Shown here piece after piece: positions 36,331-48,227 of a DNA stretch of 64,000 nucleotides. Made by a program: the position numbers and the translations under genes. The notes under the pieces are model-generated. The model ran no database searches. It had not been told where the DNA came from and saw only the letters and a program-made list of their open reading frames with translations. Every line of letters begins with the position of its first letter. Position 1 is the first letter of the stretch. The DNA comes from Torpedo marmorata (Eukaryota): the NCBI GenBank assembly GCA_977017645.1, contig OZ360229.1, forward strand, positions 98,146,001-98,210,000, written 5' to 3'.

Positions 36331-38711
36331 CTAAGGGAAATCGCTGCATCACGTCCGAAAGAGTGGCTGGAATTATTAAACTCCCCATACCACAAAGTAA
36401 AAAGGAAATACGCCAATTTTTGGGACTAGTGGGCTATTGCCGAATATGGATCGAAAATTACACACCACTGGTTAAGTTCCTATATGAAAAACTAGGAGAA
36501 GAAGAAAGGAAGGTTCGATGGACAGAAGAGGAGGAAAGATTGTTTGAAAAGATAAAAGGACAGTTGATAAGAGCACCAGTATTGGCTCTCCCCGCCTTGG
36601 AAAAGCCATTTCAACTATATGTCAATAATGCTGAGGGAATCGCGTCTGGAGTCTTGACCCAAGAGAAGGGGGGAAAGCGCCAGCCAGTAGCCTTTTTATC
36701 TAAAATGCTGGATCCGGTATCCAGAGGATGGCCAACCTGCATCCAAGCCGTGGCCGCCACTGCAGTACTAGTGGAGGAAGCACGGAAACTGACGTTTGGA
36801 GGAAAAATCACCGTGTACTCACCACACTCAGTGAGTGCCCTGTTGGCACAAAAGGCCCACCGGTGGCTAACAGATTCCAGGATCTTGAAATATGAGATCA
36901 TTCTGATGACCGGCGAAGACCTGAATTTCACGAAGGATCCCAACTGCAATCCGGCCCAGTTCCTATACAGGACGGGAGGAGAGGAAGGGCCAGAGCATGA
37001 TTGCCTTGAGTTGGTGGACCTGCAGACCAAGAGTCGTGAAGACCTACAGGAGGTGCCCCTGGAAGAGGGACAGGAGTTATATATTGATGGCTCCTCCAGG
37101 TGCATTGATGGAATACGACATAGCGGATATGCTATCATTGACGGGAAAACTGGAAAAAGGGTGGAATCAGGCAGGCTCCCTGCCAGCTGGTCGGCTCAGT
37201 CATGTGAACTGTATGCCCTCCAGAGGGCACTGAAATGTCTGGAGGAGGAAGTCGGAACGATATATACGGATTCTAAGTATGCCTATGGCATTGTCCATAC
37301 GTTTGGGAAGATATGGAAGGAGCGAGGATTGATTACAGCACGAGGAAAAGGTCTCGCACACGAGCAGATGGTGGGTCTGACCCTAGAAGCCCTGGCATTA
37401 CCCACAGAAATTGCAGTGGTACATGTTCCGGGTCATCAGAAGGGACACTCTCCAGAGGCCGTAGGAAATCGACTAGCTGATGAAGAAGCTAAGCGGGCAG
37501 CCATTGAAGAATCGGTACAACTTTTAACTCTGATACCGGTGAGAGAAAAGCCGACGAAACTACCGGTCTTTACGCAAATGGAGATCGATAAAATGAACCA
37601 ACTAGGAGCCCAGAAGGATGCCGATGGTAAATGGAGGATCTCCGACGGAAGACAAGTACTGAACAGGGAAGTTACCCGCAACATTCTTCAGCAGCTACAT
37701 CAGCAAACCCACTGGGGAGTCCAAGCCCTATGTGATACGGTGCTCAGGGAATATGCATGTAAAGGAATCTACACCCTGGCTCAGCAGGAAGTGGTGGGAT
37801 GCCCCATATGCCAAAAGGTAAATAGGAAGGTGATGCGAGCTACTCCCGGAGGAGGACAGCCCCTGGCCCTGAGACCATTCCACCGAGTCCAGATCGACTT
37901 CACCGAATTGCCCCCGGTACAAAGGTGGCGGTACTTGTTGGTAATTGTGGACCATTTCACAAGATGGGTAGAGGCATATCCAACCACCAAAGCAGATGCC
38001 CCAACAGTAGCCAGAATATTGTTGGAGAATATTGTCCCGAGATATGGTGTGATTGGGTCAATAGATTCTGATCGTGGAACACACTTTGCATCCAAGACAC
38101 ACCAGCTTATCTGTGATGCATTAGGTATTGAATGGAAATTACACACTCCTTGGCATCCGCAAAGTTCAGGACGAGTCGAGCGAATGAATAGCACTTTAAA
38201 AACACAACTTACTAAATTGATGACGGAGACAAAATTACCTTGGACCAGATGTCTTCCTATTGCATTACTGCGGATTCGTACTGCGCCCCGTAAAGACATT
38301 GGACTCTCTCCCTATGAGATGTTGTTCGGACTACCATATTGGAGCCAAGTAGAGGGATATCCTACGTTGCAAGGGGGGGATATCTTTATAAGGGACTATT
38401 TACTGGCATTGTCTCGTTCCTTTGCAGAGTTGCGGAAAAAGGGGCTTTTGGCCCAGACTCCCCCATTGGATTTCGCTCTACACCAGATTGTGTCCGGAGA
38501 TTGGGTCCTTGTGAAAACTTGGAAACCAGAAAAACTCCAGCCGCAGTGGGAGGGGCCTTTTCAGGTCCTATTGACTACTGAGGCGGCGGTACGAACGAAA
38601 GAAAAAGGGTGGACCCACGTTACACGTGTAAAGGGGCCAGTGGAAGGCCGAGAAAAAGTGTGGACTTGTGAGAACACGGACTCCCCTTTGAGACTTATTT
38701 TGAAACGATGA
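36294..38711 (+). CDS. pol: ERV Pol C-terminal part: RT thumb/tether, RNase H, integrase (open for 805 codons)
   Basis: FLGLVGYCRIWI, YIDGSS, YTDSKYA, GNRLAD, HQQTHWG..CPIC, QIDFTEL, SDRGTHF, SSGRVERMN, WEGPFQV. Confidence 0.85.
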   Translation: MEKEVRYLGHVLTKGNRCITSERVAGIIKLPIPQSKKEIRQFLGLVGYCRIWIENYTPLVKFLYEKLGEEERKVRWTEEEERLFEKIKGQLIRAPVLALPALEKPFQLYVNNAEGIASGVLTQEKGGKRQPVAFLSKMLDPVSRGWPTCIQAVAATAVLVEEARKLTFGGKITVYSPHSVSALLAQKAHRWLTDSRILKYEIILMTGEDLNFTKDPNCNPAQFLYRTGGEEGPEHDCLELVDLQTKSREDLQEVPLEEGQELYIDGSSRCIDGIRHSGYAIIDGKTGKRVESGRLPASWSAQSCELYALQRALKCLEEEVGTIYTDSKYAYGIVHTFGKIWKERGLITARGKGLAHEQMVGLTLEALALPTEIAVVHVPGHQKGHSPEAVGNRLADEEAKRAAIEESVQLLTLIPVREKPTKLPVFTQMEIDKMNQLGAQKDADGKWRISDGRQVLNREVTRNILQQLHQQTHWGVQALCDTVLREYACKGIYTLAQQEVVGCPICQKVNRKVMRATPGGGQPLALRPFHRVQIDFTELPPVQRWRYLLVIVDHFTRWVEAYPTTKADAPTVARILLENIVPRYGVIGSIDSDRGTHFASKTHQLICDALGIEWKLHTPWHPQSSGRVERMNSTLKTQLTKLMTETKLPWTRCLPIALLRIRTAPRKDIGLSPYEMLFGLPYWSQVEGYPTLQGGDIFIRDYLLALSRSFAELRKKGLLAQTPPLDFALHQIVSGDWVLVKTWKPEKLQPQWEGPFQVLLTTEAAVRTKEKGWTHVTRVKGPVEGREKVWTCENTDSPLRLILKR

Positions 38712-40369
38712 AAATATTATGCTTTTTGTGTTTCTTCATACTTTTGACGTTATGTTATAAAGATGTCAAGGGGGAAAGAAAGAAAGTGCGGGAAAGAAGG
38801 GGGGCCACGGTTATGGCACCCCCAGCTGGGTCAAATGTAATAATACCCCTAGAATGCTTTAAGAATAAACAAATAAAGTGCTATACATATGATGAAGTAC
38901 AGCACCCGTATTGGTTAGTGAAAAATGCTAAGCCAGGTAATTATAAGATCTTTGCGCTCTGTCCCAGGGAAAACTCATTCTGTGTTTCATATGGAAAAAG
39001 GGAAAGGTTAACATGTCCAAAGAACCTTTTACCTTGTGATAATAGCTCAGACCAGAAGAAAGAAAATAGGATAATAAAAGGAGAAGGAGCTCCTAAAAGA
39101 AAGGAGAATCTTTTTATTGATTTGGCAACACGTATAGCGACTAGCTTGAATGTGAGTGGATGTTGGGTCTGTGGAGGACCATTTTTGAGTGAACAATGGC
39201 CCTGGGTGGGTGAGCCGGTAAATGTATGGCAGCTCCTGGAAAAGAATTGGACAAACAGACGGGATCCGGGAGAAGAAAGTTGGAAATTGACCAACTTTCC
39301 AGAGGGACAAGTATGTGTTGAAGGTGGTGGAAGTGTAAAGGTGGGAGTAAGCCCTTGCAAAAATGTTAAGTTGGCAAAAAGCGATGGCTACCGGACATGG
39401 AGGCCAGAGGCCCCTATGTGGTATATATCAGGGAAGGGGAAAGATAATTGTACCCGACTCTCTGGGAAAGGGGAATTATGGAATTGCAGTGGATCGAGTC
39501 CTTTTGAGGGAGTGCCTATAGTACGGAATGTGTGGAGAAATGCAAGGGAAGGGGGACCTGCCCCTGAGGGTCTTTTCTGGATATGTGGTAATCAAGCATA
39601 CACTAGGTTACCCTCCGGCTGGGCTGGTGTTTGTTTTTTTGGTATTATTCGACCAGAATTCTTTCTTCTTCCTGAGGAGGATGGGAAAGATTTAGGGATA
39701 AAGTTGTTCGATTCCCTACAACGAGAGACCCGTGGCATAAAGGTGGGGGAATGGGGTGATGAGTGGCCCCCGGCCCGAATTATTGAATATTATGGACCTG
39801 CGACATGGGCACAGGATGGGTCCTGGGGTTATCGCACACCCATCTATATGTTAAATCGAATTATTCGACTCCAGGCGGTGGTTGAGATAATTACGAATCA
39901 GACCGCACTGGCATTAGAGTTATTGGCCAACCAACAGACCCAGATGAGAACAGCCATTTACCAGAACAGGTTAGCTCTTGATTACCTTTTGGCCTCAGAA
40001 GGGGGTGTTTGTGGAAAATTTAACTTGACCAATTGTTGCCTAAAGATAGACGACAACGGTAAAGCGGTGCTGAAAATTTCGGACAAGATCCGAAGGCTAG
40101 CTCATGTGCCCGTCCAGCGTTGGAATTCTTTGGGTAAACTGAGTTGGCTCGATGACCTCTTTGGAGGGACATGGTGGAAAACAGCATTGCTAATGGTAGG
40201 GGGCATATTGTTAGTGCTCCTCTTGTTACCCTGCATTATTCCCTGTTTCCGCATCCTTATAACTCGAATTGTGATGCAAGTGATGCAACCAGGGGAACCT
40301 GCTGACCCTGTGAAAATGTTGCTCCAAAGAACCCCAGAGGGAGGGGGTTGGACCCCCTGGAACCCTTAG
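38708..40369 (+). CDS. env: intact retroviral envelope glycoprotein, ERV3/HERV-R-like gamma type
   Basis: Signal peptide, CWVC motif, furin site RETR, WPPARIIEYYGPATWAQDGSWGYRTP, ISD YQNRLALDYLLASEGGVC, CGKFNLTNCC, hydrophobic TM and cytoplasmic tail; ATG overlaps the pol stop (atga). Confidence 0.93.
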   Translation: MKILCFLCFFILLTLCYKDVKGERKKVRERRGATVMAPPAGSNVIIPLECFKNKQIKCYTYDEVQHPYWLVKNAKPGNYKIFALCPRENSFCVSYGKRERLTCPKNLLPCDNSSDQKKENRIIKGEGAPKRKENLFIDLATRIATSLNVSGCWVCGGPFLSEQWPWVGEPVNVWQLLEKNWTNRRDPGEESWKLTNFPEGQVCVEGGGSVKVGVSPCKNVKLAKSDGYRTWRPEAPMWYISGKGKDNCTRLSGKGELWNCSGSSPFEGVPIVRNVWRNAREGGPAPEGLFWICGNQAYTRLPSGWAGVCFFGIIRPEFFLLPEEDGKDLGIKLFDSLQRETRGIKVGEWGDEWPPARIIEYYGPATWAQDGSWGYRTPIYMLNRIIRLQAVVEIITNQTALALELLANQQTQMRTAIYQNRLALDYLLASEGGVCGKFNLTNCCLKIDDNGKAVLKISDKIRRLAHVPVQRWNSLGKLSWLDDLFGGTWWKTALLMVGGILLVLLLLPCIIPCFRILITRIVMQVMQPGEPADPVKMLLQRTPEGGGWTPWNP

Positions 40370-40949
40370 CACATTCTAAAAAGAAAAAGGGTGGAATTGT
40401 TAGGAAAAAGTTAATGTTCTGCTGTTAGAATGTGCTTTTAAAATGCTCTTTGAAATAGCAGCTGCATGCCTGTGCAGACATGTGAAACCAAAAACCAGAC
40501 AGGGGGAGTGTTTTGCAATTAAATGCTAGAATTGAAATAGGGTAGTGGCAAAAGCTTGCGATAGGGGCGAACGTATGGTACTGCAAACAAAGAAACAGTG
40601 ATGGGGGATGAAATGCCTAAGAAGTACATGATGATAAGGGGTAGAACAGAATGTGAACTCATGTAACCTGTGAGTAAAATAAATGTATAAAAGGCTGCTA
40701 CACTGATGGAAAGGCACTCAACTGCTCTGACAGCAAGTTGAGTCCAAATCTGCAGACTTGTTACAATTAAAAGTCAACCGCTGCTGCTTTTGCTGAGACT
40801 CCGTGTGAGTTCTTTTCTGACAACATGTAATTTTGAGGTGTTGTCACAAATGTAATCGAGGACCATGACGACCAATGTGTTTATTTCATAGCTTGAGTGT
40901 GTGATATCAGCCAGCACACCCGGGATTTCCGACAGGGAAAGCCTCAAGA

Positions 40950-41080
40950 TAACCTCATCTGAAAGACCACACCTTCAATAATATAACACTCCCCTCGATG
41001 TTTGCAAGTTTTATCCTAGATTTTTCTTCCCAAGGGCCTGAAATGAGATTTGAGTGTAAATCCATATGATTCAAAGGCTA
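40950..41080 (-). repeat. ancient DeuSINE-like fragment
   Basis: ctcatctgaaagaccacaccttcaataatataacactcccctc resembles the recalled reverse complement of the Deu-domain SINE consensus. Confidence 0.4.
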
Positions 41081-41549
41081 ATTCTAAAAACACTTGAGGG
41101 TTGACATAGAGAAAAAGCACACAAAACAAACAGCCCACCAAATCTGTGCGAGATCATTTTGTTCGAGCAATCTCAAGTTATTCCCACTGGTCCCCATGCT
41201 TCCTGTTTCAAGCCTTCCACATTCCACGTGACAGCACACTTGATGCTCAAACAACATGAACGTTTATCAATTATTTCCCCAAACAGAATGGACAATACAG
41301 ATGAGTTAAATCTCCACTCTAACTCTTTGCAGACCTGATGAGAAAAGTGGAGGCACCAGGAGAGGGCGCGAATGTGGAACAACAAGGCCACCAAGAAAGA
41401 TATACAAGTAGAGAGGAGAAATAAACGGAAACAAACTGCGCGGAAGAGAGTGTGAGAGAATCATGTAAGTGAAACCAATAATAATACCTTCCCAGCTCAT
41501 TAGGGAGCAAAGTTAGTGCACAACATTTGGCTTGGAGAGAGAGAAAAAA

Positions 41550-41846
41550 AAGATAGTCACGTGACCGCATTTCTTAGCCCTCGCCGCCCCAAACTTAAAT
41601 TAAAATTCGAAATTGCCTCCAATTTCTTTAGTTTATAGTCAATTTGTGGAGTTTCATGAGGTAACCAAGTTTTTTTTTTAAATCGGGCGCGATTGCTTTA
41701 ATGATTGATGAGATATATTCGTTGCTGGCCTGATGACGTCGCGGCCGAGGGGAAGATGCCATATTGGAATCGGGCAGAGCTGACAGACAAAAAAGGGAAT
41801 AAATATAAGAGAAATCGGAGCGAAATCGCCGCCATCACGGGTTTGT
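41550..41846 (+). promoter_or_regulatory. DDX6: probable DDX6 promoter and non-coding first exon
   Basis: CpG-enriched unique sequence with gtcacgtgac (41556-41565), tgatgacgtc (41731-41740), YY1-like cgccgccat (41827-41835) and possible donor cgg/gtttgt at 41840/41841, upstream of DDX6 coding exons. Confidence 0.5.
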
Positions 41847-43453
41847 TTAGCAGTATTTTCATTAGAACTCTTCTGCTGAACTATCAGGGCTTGGGATGTA
41901 GCTTTATTTTTTGAAACCGTAGTTTCCTGGCTTTTATTTATAAAGCTGCGTAGGAAGTTGATGGTTTTCTTCTTTTCCGTTGGCCGTTGCTGTGGTGCAA
42001 GGCCCAAACTCTTTTTTGCGGGTTTAAAAAAAATGTCATTTGAATTTCGTGTTGTGTTAAATCTGTTCGTAATGTTCATTGTTGCTATTTTGTGACGTAT
42101 CTGAGAGTCGTTGTTAATTTCTGCCTGAAAATGCCCGCTCTGGGTATATTGTCGGAAAATGTTTGGGTTTGTGTCGTCTCCTTCTCTCCGAGGTGGCAGG
42201 ATGCGAGAAGGAGCCCAAAGAAATGTGTCGTAAATGTTGACCCATTTACCCGGAGGCTCTCCCCTCACCGTAAGACCCAAGTTTCGTTCTCGTTTGATGT
42301 CTAATGGAGCTGGTGGTTTCTGTGTGTATTTTGTTTACAATTTGAAGCTGTTTCCTAATTGATTCCAACTCTAGCTCTATCACTGTAAAGTGACAATCTT
42401 TTTTGAGTTTTAAAAAAAAAAATGGCAAATTTTTTTTTATAAAAGGAATTAATTACGGAAAGTAATTTGTATCTATTGTTTGCTTTATTGCGAGTTATAA
42501 GGTAATTGTTTAATTTTGAGTAGGATTATCAATGTACAGTTCATTTATTCTGCTTGGTAATTACTGTATAATTGTTAGTTTTTATAAATTCATGAATATT
42601 TGAATAATTTAAATCTGATTTTGTCAACATTTGTGGTATGATTTTTTTTGGTAAAATTTATGCATTGTAATTGATGAATTCATGGGATGGGTGGGATAAA
42701 GTAATGTAATCTAAATCTTGGAAGATATTACAAAAAGATAATTTTGTCCCTTTTGATTCTTTTTCTTAAGTATATATGTAATATGGGTGGAGTTTTAGTT
42801 TGAGGAGGTTCCTTCAAAAAATAGTTTCTCATTCAAAATCGCTTGCTTTTAGGATTTGCATTTGTCCATTTAATATTGCAGTTCCTTTTTGGTATGGCAG
42901 GGGGTGGGGTGATTCTTCAAGACTGAAACCCTGCTGAAACTTGGCAGGTTAATGAGATTATCTTGTATGGACACTTATGCCATTTGCTGTAGTTTGTTGT
43001 TTTGATTGGCAGTAATGAGCTGTTCTCCCTTGTGGTATAATTGTCAGACAGGTTTTAATCATTTATGACCTTGGCTTTAGTTCCAAAGAAATTAAACAAC
43101 TAAAACTTGTGGTCCAGATAATTCACTGGCTAAGATAAGTGGCCACTAGGAATAAGATAAAATGCATATCAGTTGTTAGTTTGCAATTCTACATTATGAA
43201 TGTCTGCATGAAGATATTAGCACTAACCCATCCAGGTAAAAAGATGAAAGACTATTTTTAAAATTCTAAGAGTAAATGTTGAATTCCTTTGGATGATGTC
43301 TTGGCTTCATCTTACTGGATTGTTTGTGTAGAAACATCAGTGCAGTTACACTGCTGTCTTTACATAGCAATTTGTTTTCACTTCAGCGATGCAGAAGTGA
43401 GCACATAACTCTGGTTGCCAGTCTGACAAGAACTTGGAGTCTTTAGGGAGATT

Positions 43454-44181
43454 CAGTAAAACCCCTGGTATCTGGCATCCATGGGGATGCCGGATAAGTA
43501 TATTTTCTGGCTGCTTGACACTTGCTCTTACAATGCATTAAGGATAAACTGTTTAAAAGACAAAAATACTTGCTCTTACAATGCATTAAGGATAAACTGT
43601 TTAAAAGACAAAAATACTGTACTTGCACTGAACAAACCTCACTTGCATGAATATATAAACCTTAAAGCATTTAACTTTATTTCAGTCACATTCTTTGAAA
43701 ACATTTAACCCTCGCTGCATTTGCAGGTTTCTCTGTCTCCATGGAGCCGCCCAAAAGACGAACAATAACATTTATAGATAATAAACCCCCCTCCCCCAAG
43801 TTTACAGATAAACCTTTGATCAGGGTGATTCTTACTCAGCAGGGACAAGGAGACACTTTAAGAGAGTCACCCCAACAGTGAGCGGCATCAACCTGCTCTT
43901 CATACTGGGTGACGCCATTGCTGTTTCACACAACTTTATTCAAAAAGTTATTAGGAGCAAAGTACCACCAAGGCACTCTGCTGGCTGAATATTTGCTCCC
44001 ATCTTCATAGTTTGTGTTACTTCAGAGAACATTTACTTTTACAATTTTAAACTTGCTGCGTATTTTTTACCTATTATTTTATTCTTATTTATTAAAATTC
44101 TTAAATTTATTTTCCTCAATTTTTTTGCCGTTTGCTCGAGGCTGCCAGTTGTTTGAATTCTAGATACCAGGTGTTTTACTG
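43454..44181. mobile_element. Tc1/mariner (Tigger-like) MITE
   Basis: TIRs cagtaaaacccctggtatct / agataccaggtgttttactg; internal ~46-bp tandem duplication at ~43519-43617. Confidence 0.75.
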
Positions 44182-45889
44182 TACATTATATGGAATAGAT
44201 CTTTTGTAGAATTTGAAAAATACTTGGATCTTGTGAAATTCCTGAATTCATTTTGGCACAGTTTCACTTTCCTGTGTTAACGCTGTTTCCCTTCATTCCT
44301 ATAATATCTGAAAATGTATATATCTATGCTTTAAATATGCTCAGTAACTGATCCTCCACCGTCCTCTTGCAGAGAATTCCAAAGATTCGTTACTCCAGAT
44401 AAAGAAATTTCTTCAATTATTTCTTCTCGAAAATTAAATCTTAATTTCCATACTGGAATCAAAACTCTCAATCTGCATTGAAGTGCAGTAGTGCAGTGTA
44501 TTGACTATTCAATTTATCCTTTTGGCATTTTTTTAAAATTAAAAAATATTATTGGAATCTTCACTACTTGAACATTTACATTAGCTCAACATAAAGCATT
44601 TGGACTTCTAATAGCAATTAAGCAGTGGTGCTATCAAAATAAATGTCTTAATTTTGGAAGAGCAACTTGGATTAGGTTTTCGTAGGAGCAGGAGAGCATT
44701 TATTTTGAGGTAACGGCCATGGTCCAATTGGGTTTGGCATACATAGAGGCCTTATTCAGCTCTACCCTCCCTGTAGAATACTGATTTGTTTGATATGTTC
44801 AAGGTCTTCCATTCTGAATGCTTGTAAATGAGCTGAAAAGTAGTTGCTGGCCTTGATCTTATTGCCATAAAGTCTCTGGGCTTGGGGTGAACAGTTCAGC
44901 CAGCCAGGGAGGGAGAAACTGCTCCCATCTCATCCAGCAGAAGGTGAAGAAAGAAACATGAGGATTTGCAAGTTCGTAGTTGAATGCTGAAGTCACTGCT
45001 ATTCCTCATGATGGTCGTGTACTCCTAATGTCTGATCAAAATTAAAGGATTTCATGGATGTTACATTCTAAATGTAGTATTACGTGACAATAATGGAACC
45101 TTTACCTTTATCCTCTCATTTCATCTTTGAGCAGCTACACTGGTCACTCTGGCCCACATAGATGGCCTCTGCCACTCGAAAAAATTACATATAATTTACG
45201 TGATAAGTATCATTTCTTTTTGGAAGTATGGAGCCCATATATAAAAATTGTGGGTTTAAGGATTTGAAGATCTCTGGACATCGGGTCTGGCTGGTGAGCC
45301 TATCCTCCACAATAAGATCAGTTTATAGTTGTTCTTTTTAGATTGACATTCTCCTTACTCTATCCTTTTCTTCTTCTTTCTTTCTTTTCGGGAGGGTTAG
45401 GGTGGGGGGGAGGGGGGGTGAAAATGTATCACATGTAATTTGAGGAATTTGCATTTTAAACTGTGTATTGTGTGATTTAAAAAATTTAAATAAAATATTT
45501 ATTAAAAAAAAACAAAAAAAACATAGATGGCCTCTGGTGAGCCATACATTGCTACAGGAGTATCATTGGAGGACAGGGATTGATGCCAGTTTCGTGGCAT
45601 AGTGGTACACATCTACAGGGAGGGCAGACGTTTATGGCAGCAAGCAATGTGACAGTAAGGCTGTACGGTCATCCTGGGAATGCACCCTAACCACTAAACG
45701 AAGCACTATTGGGATTACAGGCTTGAACGAACAAGATGGATGTGGATATTCTAATTTGAAATTGAAAAGTAACTTGGCAGAAGTGGTCTGAACCCTCCTT
45801 GAAGTTAAATGAATCTCTGAACAATAGGGGGCATTCAAAAAAAAAAAATTGCAGTGTTTTCAGTAAGTGTTTTCTCTCATATTTTAAAG

Positions 45890-47340
45890 TGAGACTGGAT
45901 TAAAAGGTTTATAGATGAGACAAAGGAAGGTGTAATATATACTGAGTTTAATACAGCAGAAAACCTGGAAGAGTATGGAAAATGTAGCAGTGAAATTTAA
46001 AGGAAAATGAAATACAGGTAGTACTCGACTTACAACCTACGCGAGTTACGTCCACCCACACATAAGACCGAAATTTTTTTGTATTAAAAGTTCTGTATAT
46101 ATGTTGAGATTATTTATTACAGAATTTACTTGGTTCATATGTTGAGTATCTTTATTAAAGGTACTGTACAGTACATATGTTGAGATTCTTCATTAAAGGT
46201 TCATTTGTTGAAAATGTTTTTGAAAAATTGCTTTAAGACCTCGTTAACACGTGCGGTAGGGTGAATCCGACTTACGACCATTCTGAGTTACAACCAATCC
46301 TTCGGTCCCAATTACGGTCGTAAGTCGAGGACTAACCTGTTCAAGAAGTTTTGGCAAGTGTAGTGAGGGAAAATCTAAAAATGCATAAAAGTAGAACTAA
46401 TTAGGGATCAAAAGGGGATTGTGTTGGTTGTGGACAAAATTGCAAAATATTCATTAACAAGGATCCTCGTAAATGAGGGGGTTATGCTGCTTTGTCATTA
46501 AGGTGAATGAGTGTAAATATTGAATGGGATATGGTAAATGTAGTTGAGGAATTATTAAGGAGTTTTATCATTTGAAAATGGAGAAGTTGCCAGACCCAGA
46601 TGAAATGTATCACAGACTTCAAAAAGAAAGATTACAATTAACGAGGACTAACAATATTATAAAATTATTTTAAAAGGAATCAATTAATTACAGTTCAATT
46701 ATTTAAAATTTTGTCAAATTGCTGGAATACGTTCTAAAGGATAGTGTAAACCTTCATAGACGTGATCTATGTGAATCATAGCAAGATTTTGAATGGTCTT
46801 GTAGTTTGATTGAAATGATCTGACTATGGTGGTAAGCAAAGAGTAATGCTTGATGAGTATTTGATATGGGAAAGCTAATTCCAGTTGGCAAGGCTTTGCA
46901 TTCTGCCCTTGTTTTTGTAATGTGGATAACATGGGATACAATACAAAAAAAGACGATGGTGAGGATGAAAACTTTAGATTGTATGAAAATAGGAGGTTTG
47001 GTGAGTAACATAGAAATGTGACAAATGGGCATTTAATCCAGGAAAAGAAGTAATGCATTTAAGCAAAGGGGCAAGGAATGAGGGAGAAACTAAGGAAATT
47101 GGAGTCTATTTGCTGATACTGAAAGGCAGCTGGACAGTCAGAAAGGTGGTTGGAGGCATACAGGTTGCTATCCTTAATCAGTTCAGGCATGGGGTGCAGA
47201 ACAAGGAGGTTGTGCTAGAAATCTAAATAATGCCTGTCAGGCTATAACTTGAAAGCCACATACATGTTTAATCTCCACATTTTTCGTACAATGTGCTTAC
47301 ATTGGCAAGATGCAGATGAGATTTATGAAAGTTTTGCTAG
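45890..47340 (+). mobile_element. old CR1-type LINE fragment interrupted by a MITE
   Basis: Degenerate CR1 ORF2-like sequence (gacccagatgaaatgtatc, ttggtatg/gtcaggc motifs) with many indels. Confidence 0.45.
46015..46339. mobile_element. Tigger-like MITE
   Basis: TIRs caggtagtactcgacttacaacc / ggtcgtaagtcgaggactaacctg, preceded by TA. Confidence 0.75.
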
Positions 47341-47789
47341 GATTGGAAAAAATGTTGGGAAGAAAGGTTGGAAAGCATTTTTTTTTTTTTTTTTTTTTTT
47401 TATTTTTTTTTTTGGGACACGAGACCAACGGGAGACATCTTTGGTACAAACTTTAAGGGGTCCAGATGGATTAAATAGAAATTCTTGGCAGGGGGTGGGT
47501 GTTTTTTTATTTTTAAAAAAGGCATAGAATTGGAGGAGATGGGAGAAGTAAAATAAAATCACCAAGCAGGTGCATCAGGGACTGAAAGATAGTAAGAGAT
47601 GGGAATCCTTGCCAGCAAATAAGTGATCCATAACCAGCAGGACGATGGGCTATGGTATTTCTACAGTTAGACCCCGACTTGCGATGTTCCAACTTACGAT
47701 ATTTTGAAGTTACGATGATCAGAATCCGTTTTCAATAAAGGTAAGTCGGCGTCTACCTGTATCAACGTGGTTGCTTTTCCTTCTCTGAA

Positions 47790-48227
47790 GGAAATGCTTC
47801 CGTCCAATCAGCGCTCGCAGATCGCTTCCCACTGCTACCACCCCCCCCCCCCCCAACAAAAGTCATAATTTCGGTGCTCCTCTTGTAGTGACGTCAAGGA
47901 AATGTGCTTTGTCGGACCCAACACCGCTTTTTTTAAAAAGGTGATTTGGGACGCATGCGCATATTGCCGTCGCTGGGGAGGGAGAGAGAGTGACGGCAAT
48001 CTTCGCATGCGTTCCAAATCACAACATAGGTTGCGAAGTGATGCCGCTGCCCCTAGTTACCAGGTGCCATCTCGGGCTCCCGTCAGGAGCGGGGACGTCG
48101 GCCTCCCGCTGCCGCCAGGAGGTCGACGTATGAGAATAGCACACGTGTGACCTTCATCTGATCTGTGTCGAACAGTGTGCAATCAAGGTCGTAAAGGGAG
48201 AATTAGAAATTTTAGTGAATGGTAAGT
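47790..48227 (+). promoter_or_regulatory. second CpG-rich promoter-like region and candidate alternative DDX6 first exon
   Basis: CCAAT 47804-47808, CRE tgacgtca 47889-47896, NRF1-like cgcatgcgca 47952-47961, consensus donor atg/gtaagt at 48221/48222. Confidence 0.45.

Larger units (their letters stand above)
34311..40822 (+). mobile_element. endogenous retrovirus, class I (gamma-type env), young provirus with gag-pol deletion
   Basis: 425-bp LTRs 34311-34735 and 40398-40822 with no difference seen by eye, TSD acatg, PBS TGGGGGCTCGTCCGGGAT (tRNA-Pro) 34739-34756, splice donor cgg/gtaagt at 34933/34934, PPT aaaaagaaaaagggtggaa, TATAAAA and ATTAAA in the LTR. Confidence 0.96.

Noticed and set aside
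38708-40369. Env as an already domesticated syncytin
   Set aside because: Apparently identical LTRs imply very recent insertion, so an open env is no evidence of host selection
41678-42280. 200-aa minus-strand ORF over the DDX6 promoter region
   Set aside because: Non-ATG start, no recognisable homology; likely the antisense of promoter and intron sequence
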